From Basidiobolus meristosporus CBS 931.73 (Eukaryota; Fungi; Basidiobolomycota), in assembly GCA_002104905.1 (NCBI GenBank), contig MCFE01000378.1:20295-84294 (forward strand): a stretch of 64,000 nt of DNA, read 5' to 3'. The first letter of the stretch is position 1. The number at the start of each line of letters is the position of its first letter. Below are positions 63,518 through 64,000 of this stretch, one piece after another. A program made the translations under genes and the position numbers. The notes under the pieces were generated by a model. The model had not been told where the DNA came from, made no database searches, and saw nothing but the letters and a program-made list of their open reading frames with translations.

Positions 63518-64000
63518 TGTTGCAATTTAAGAAGTGATTTGGATGTAAGGAACTTATCAAGAAATAGTGATAATAGTTGAACTGTTGTTTATTCATAAAG
63601 AAGCTCAGTATTTATACCTTTGTTGAAGTAATACAGCTGCAACACTAAGTAGGGAGGGCTTCTCAATATTCAGGAGCATTCTGTAACAGTTTCAGGGTTA
63701 GTACATAATGTTTGGTAATAGTGCTAATTTGATCCTGACTATAGGGGAATAATCATAAGATCATATATCTGGAGAAAGTGGCAAAGTTAAGGCAGTAAAT
63801 GAGTCCTACAGTGACTAAGACTAGCCTAGAATTGTTAAGTAAATTTTTAGCTGCTGAATGATACCAAATAGTCCAATATTTCAACACTCCCCCTCAACTA
63901 AATAATTTCTTAATCCCAATTTCTCTCTAAGGATCTCAAACTGTGGCCTAGCTAGTGGTTTTGTCAATATGTCTGCCACCATTTTGTCAGTTGGGCAGTA
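63518..64000 (-). mobile_element. 3' end (LTR 63518-63886, PPT, RNase H tail) of a second, inverted copia D element running off the window
   Basis: 369-bp reverse-complement LTR, then CTCCCCCTCAACT (reverse PPT) and the reverse complement of the RH C-terminus. Confidence 0.92.

Overview
Eukaryotic genomic DNA from an intron-rich fungus, most likely an early-diverging lineage (Zoopagomycota/Mucoromycota-like). This is an inference from short GT-AG introns with CTAAC/CTAAT branch sites and from the gene set. The window has two sharply different halves. Bases 1 to ~28.5 kb are gene-dense and CpG-rich: PH-domain protein (3' end), LIN1/CD2BP2, alpha-arrestin, OSCA/TMEM63 channel, ISC1, FSH1-type hydrolase, calcineurin B, malonyl-CoA decarboxylase, MCT-type MFS transporter, an LRRC58-like LRR protein and an intronless bacterial-type arylsulfotransferase-like gene. 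From ~28.7 kb to the end is a CpG-depleted nest of decayed transposons that can be unpicked by target-site duplications (TSDs). It holds two Ty1/copia families (two full-length copies with intact 5-bp TSDs), a Ty3/gypsy family whose three insertions all sit at (A/G)CGC with 4-bp TSDs, Tnp2/CACTA-type transposase relics, and a non-autonomous AGAC...GTCT foldback/MITE family with 3-bp ANT TSDs (Pangu-like). Three LTR families each show an insertion into their own LTR in the opposite orientation. All coordinates and alignments were done by eye; no database searches were run.
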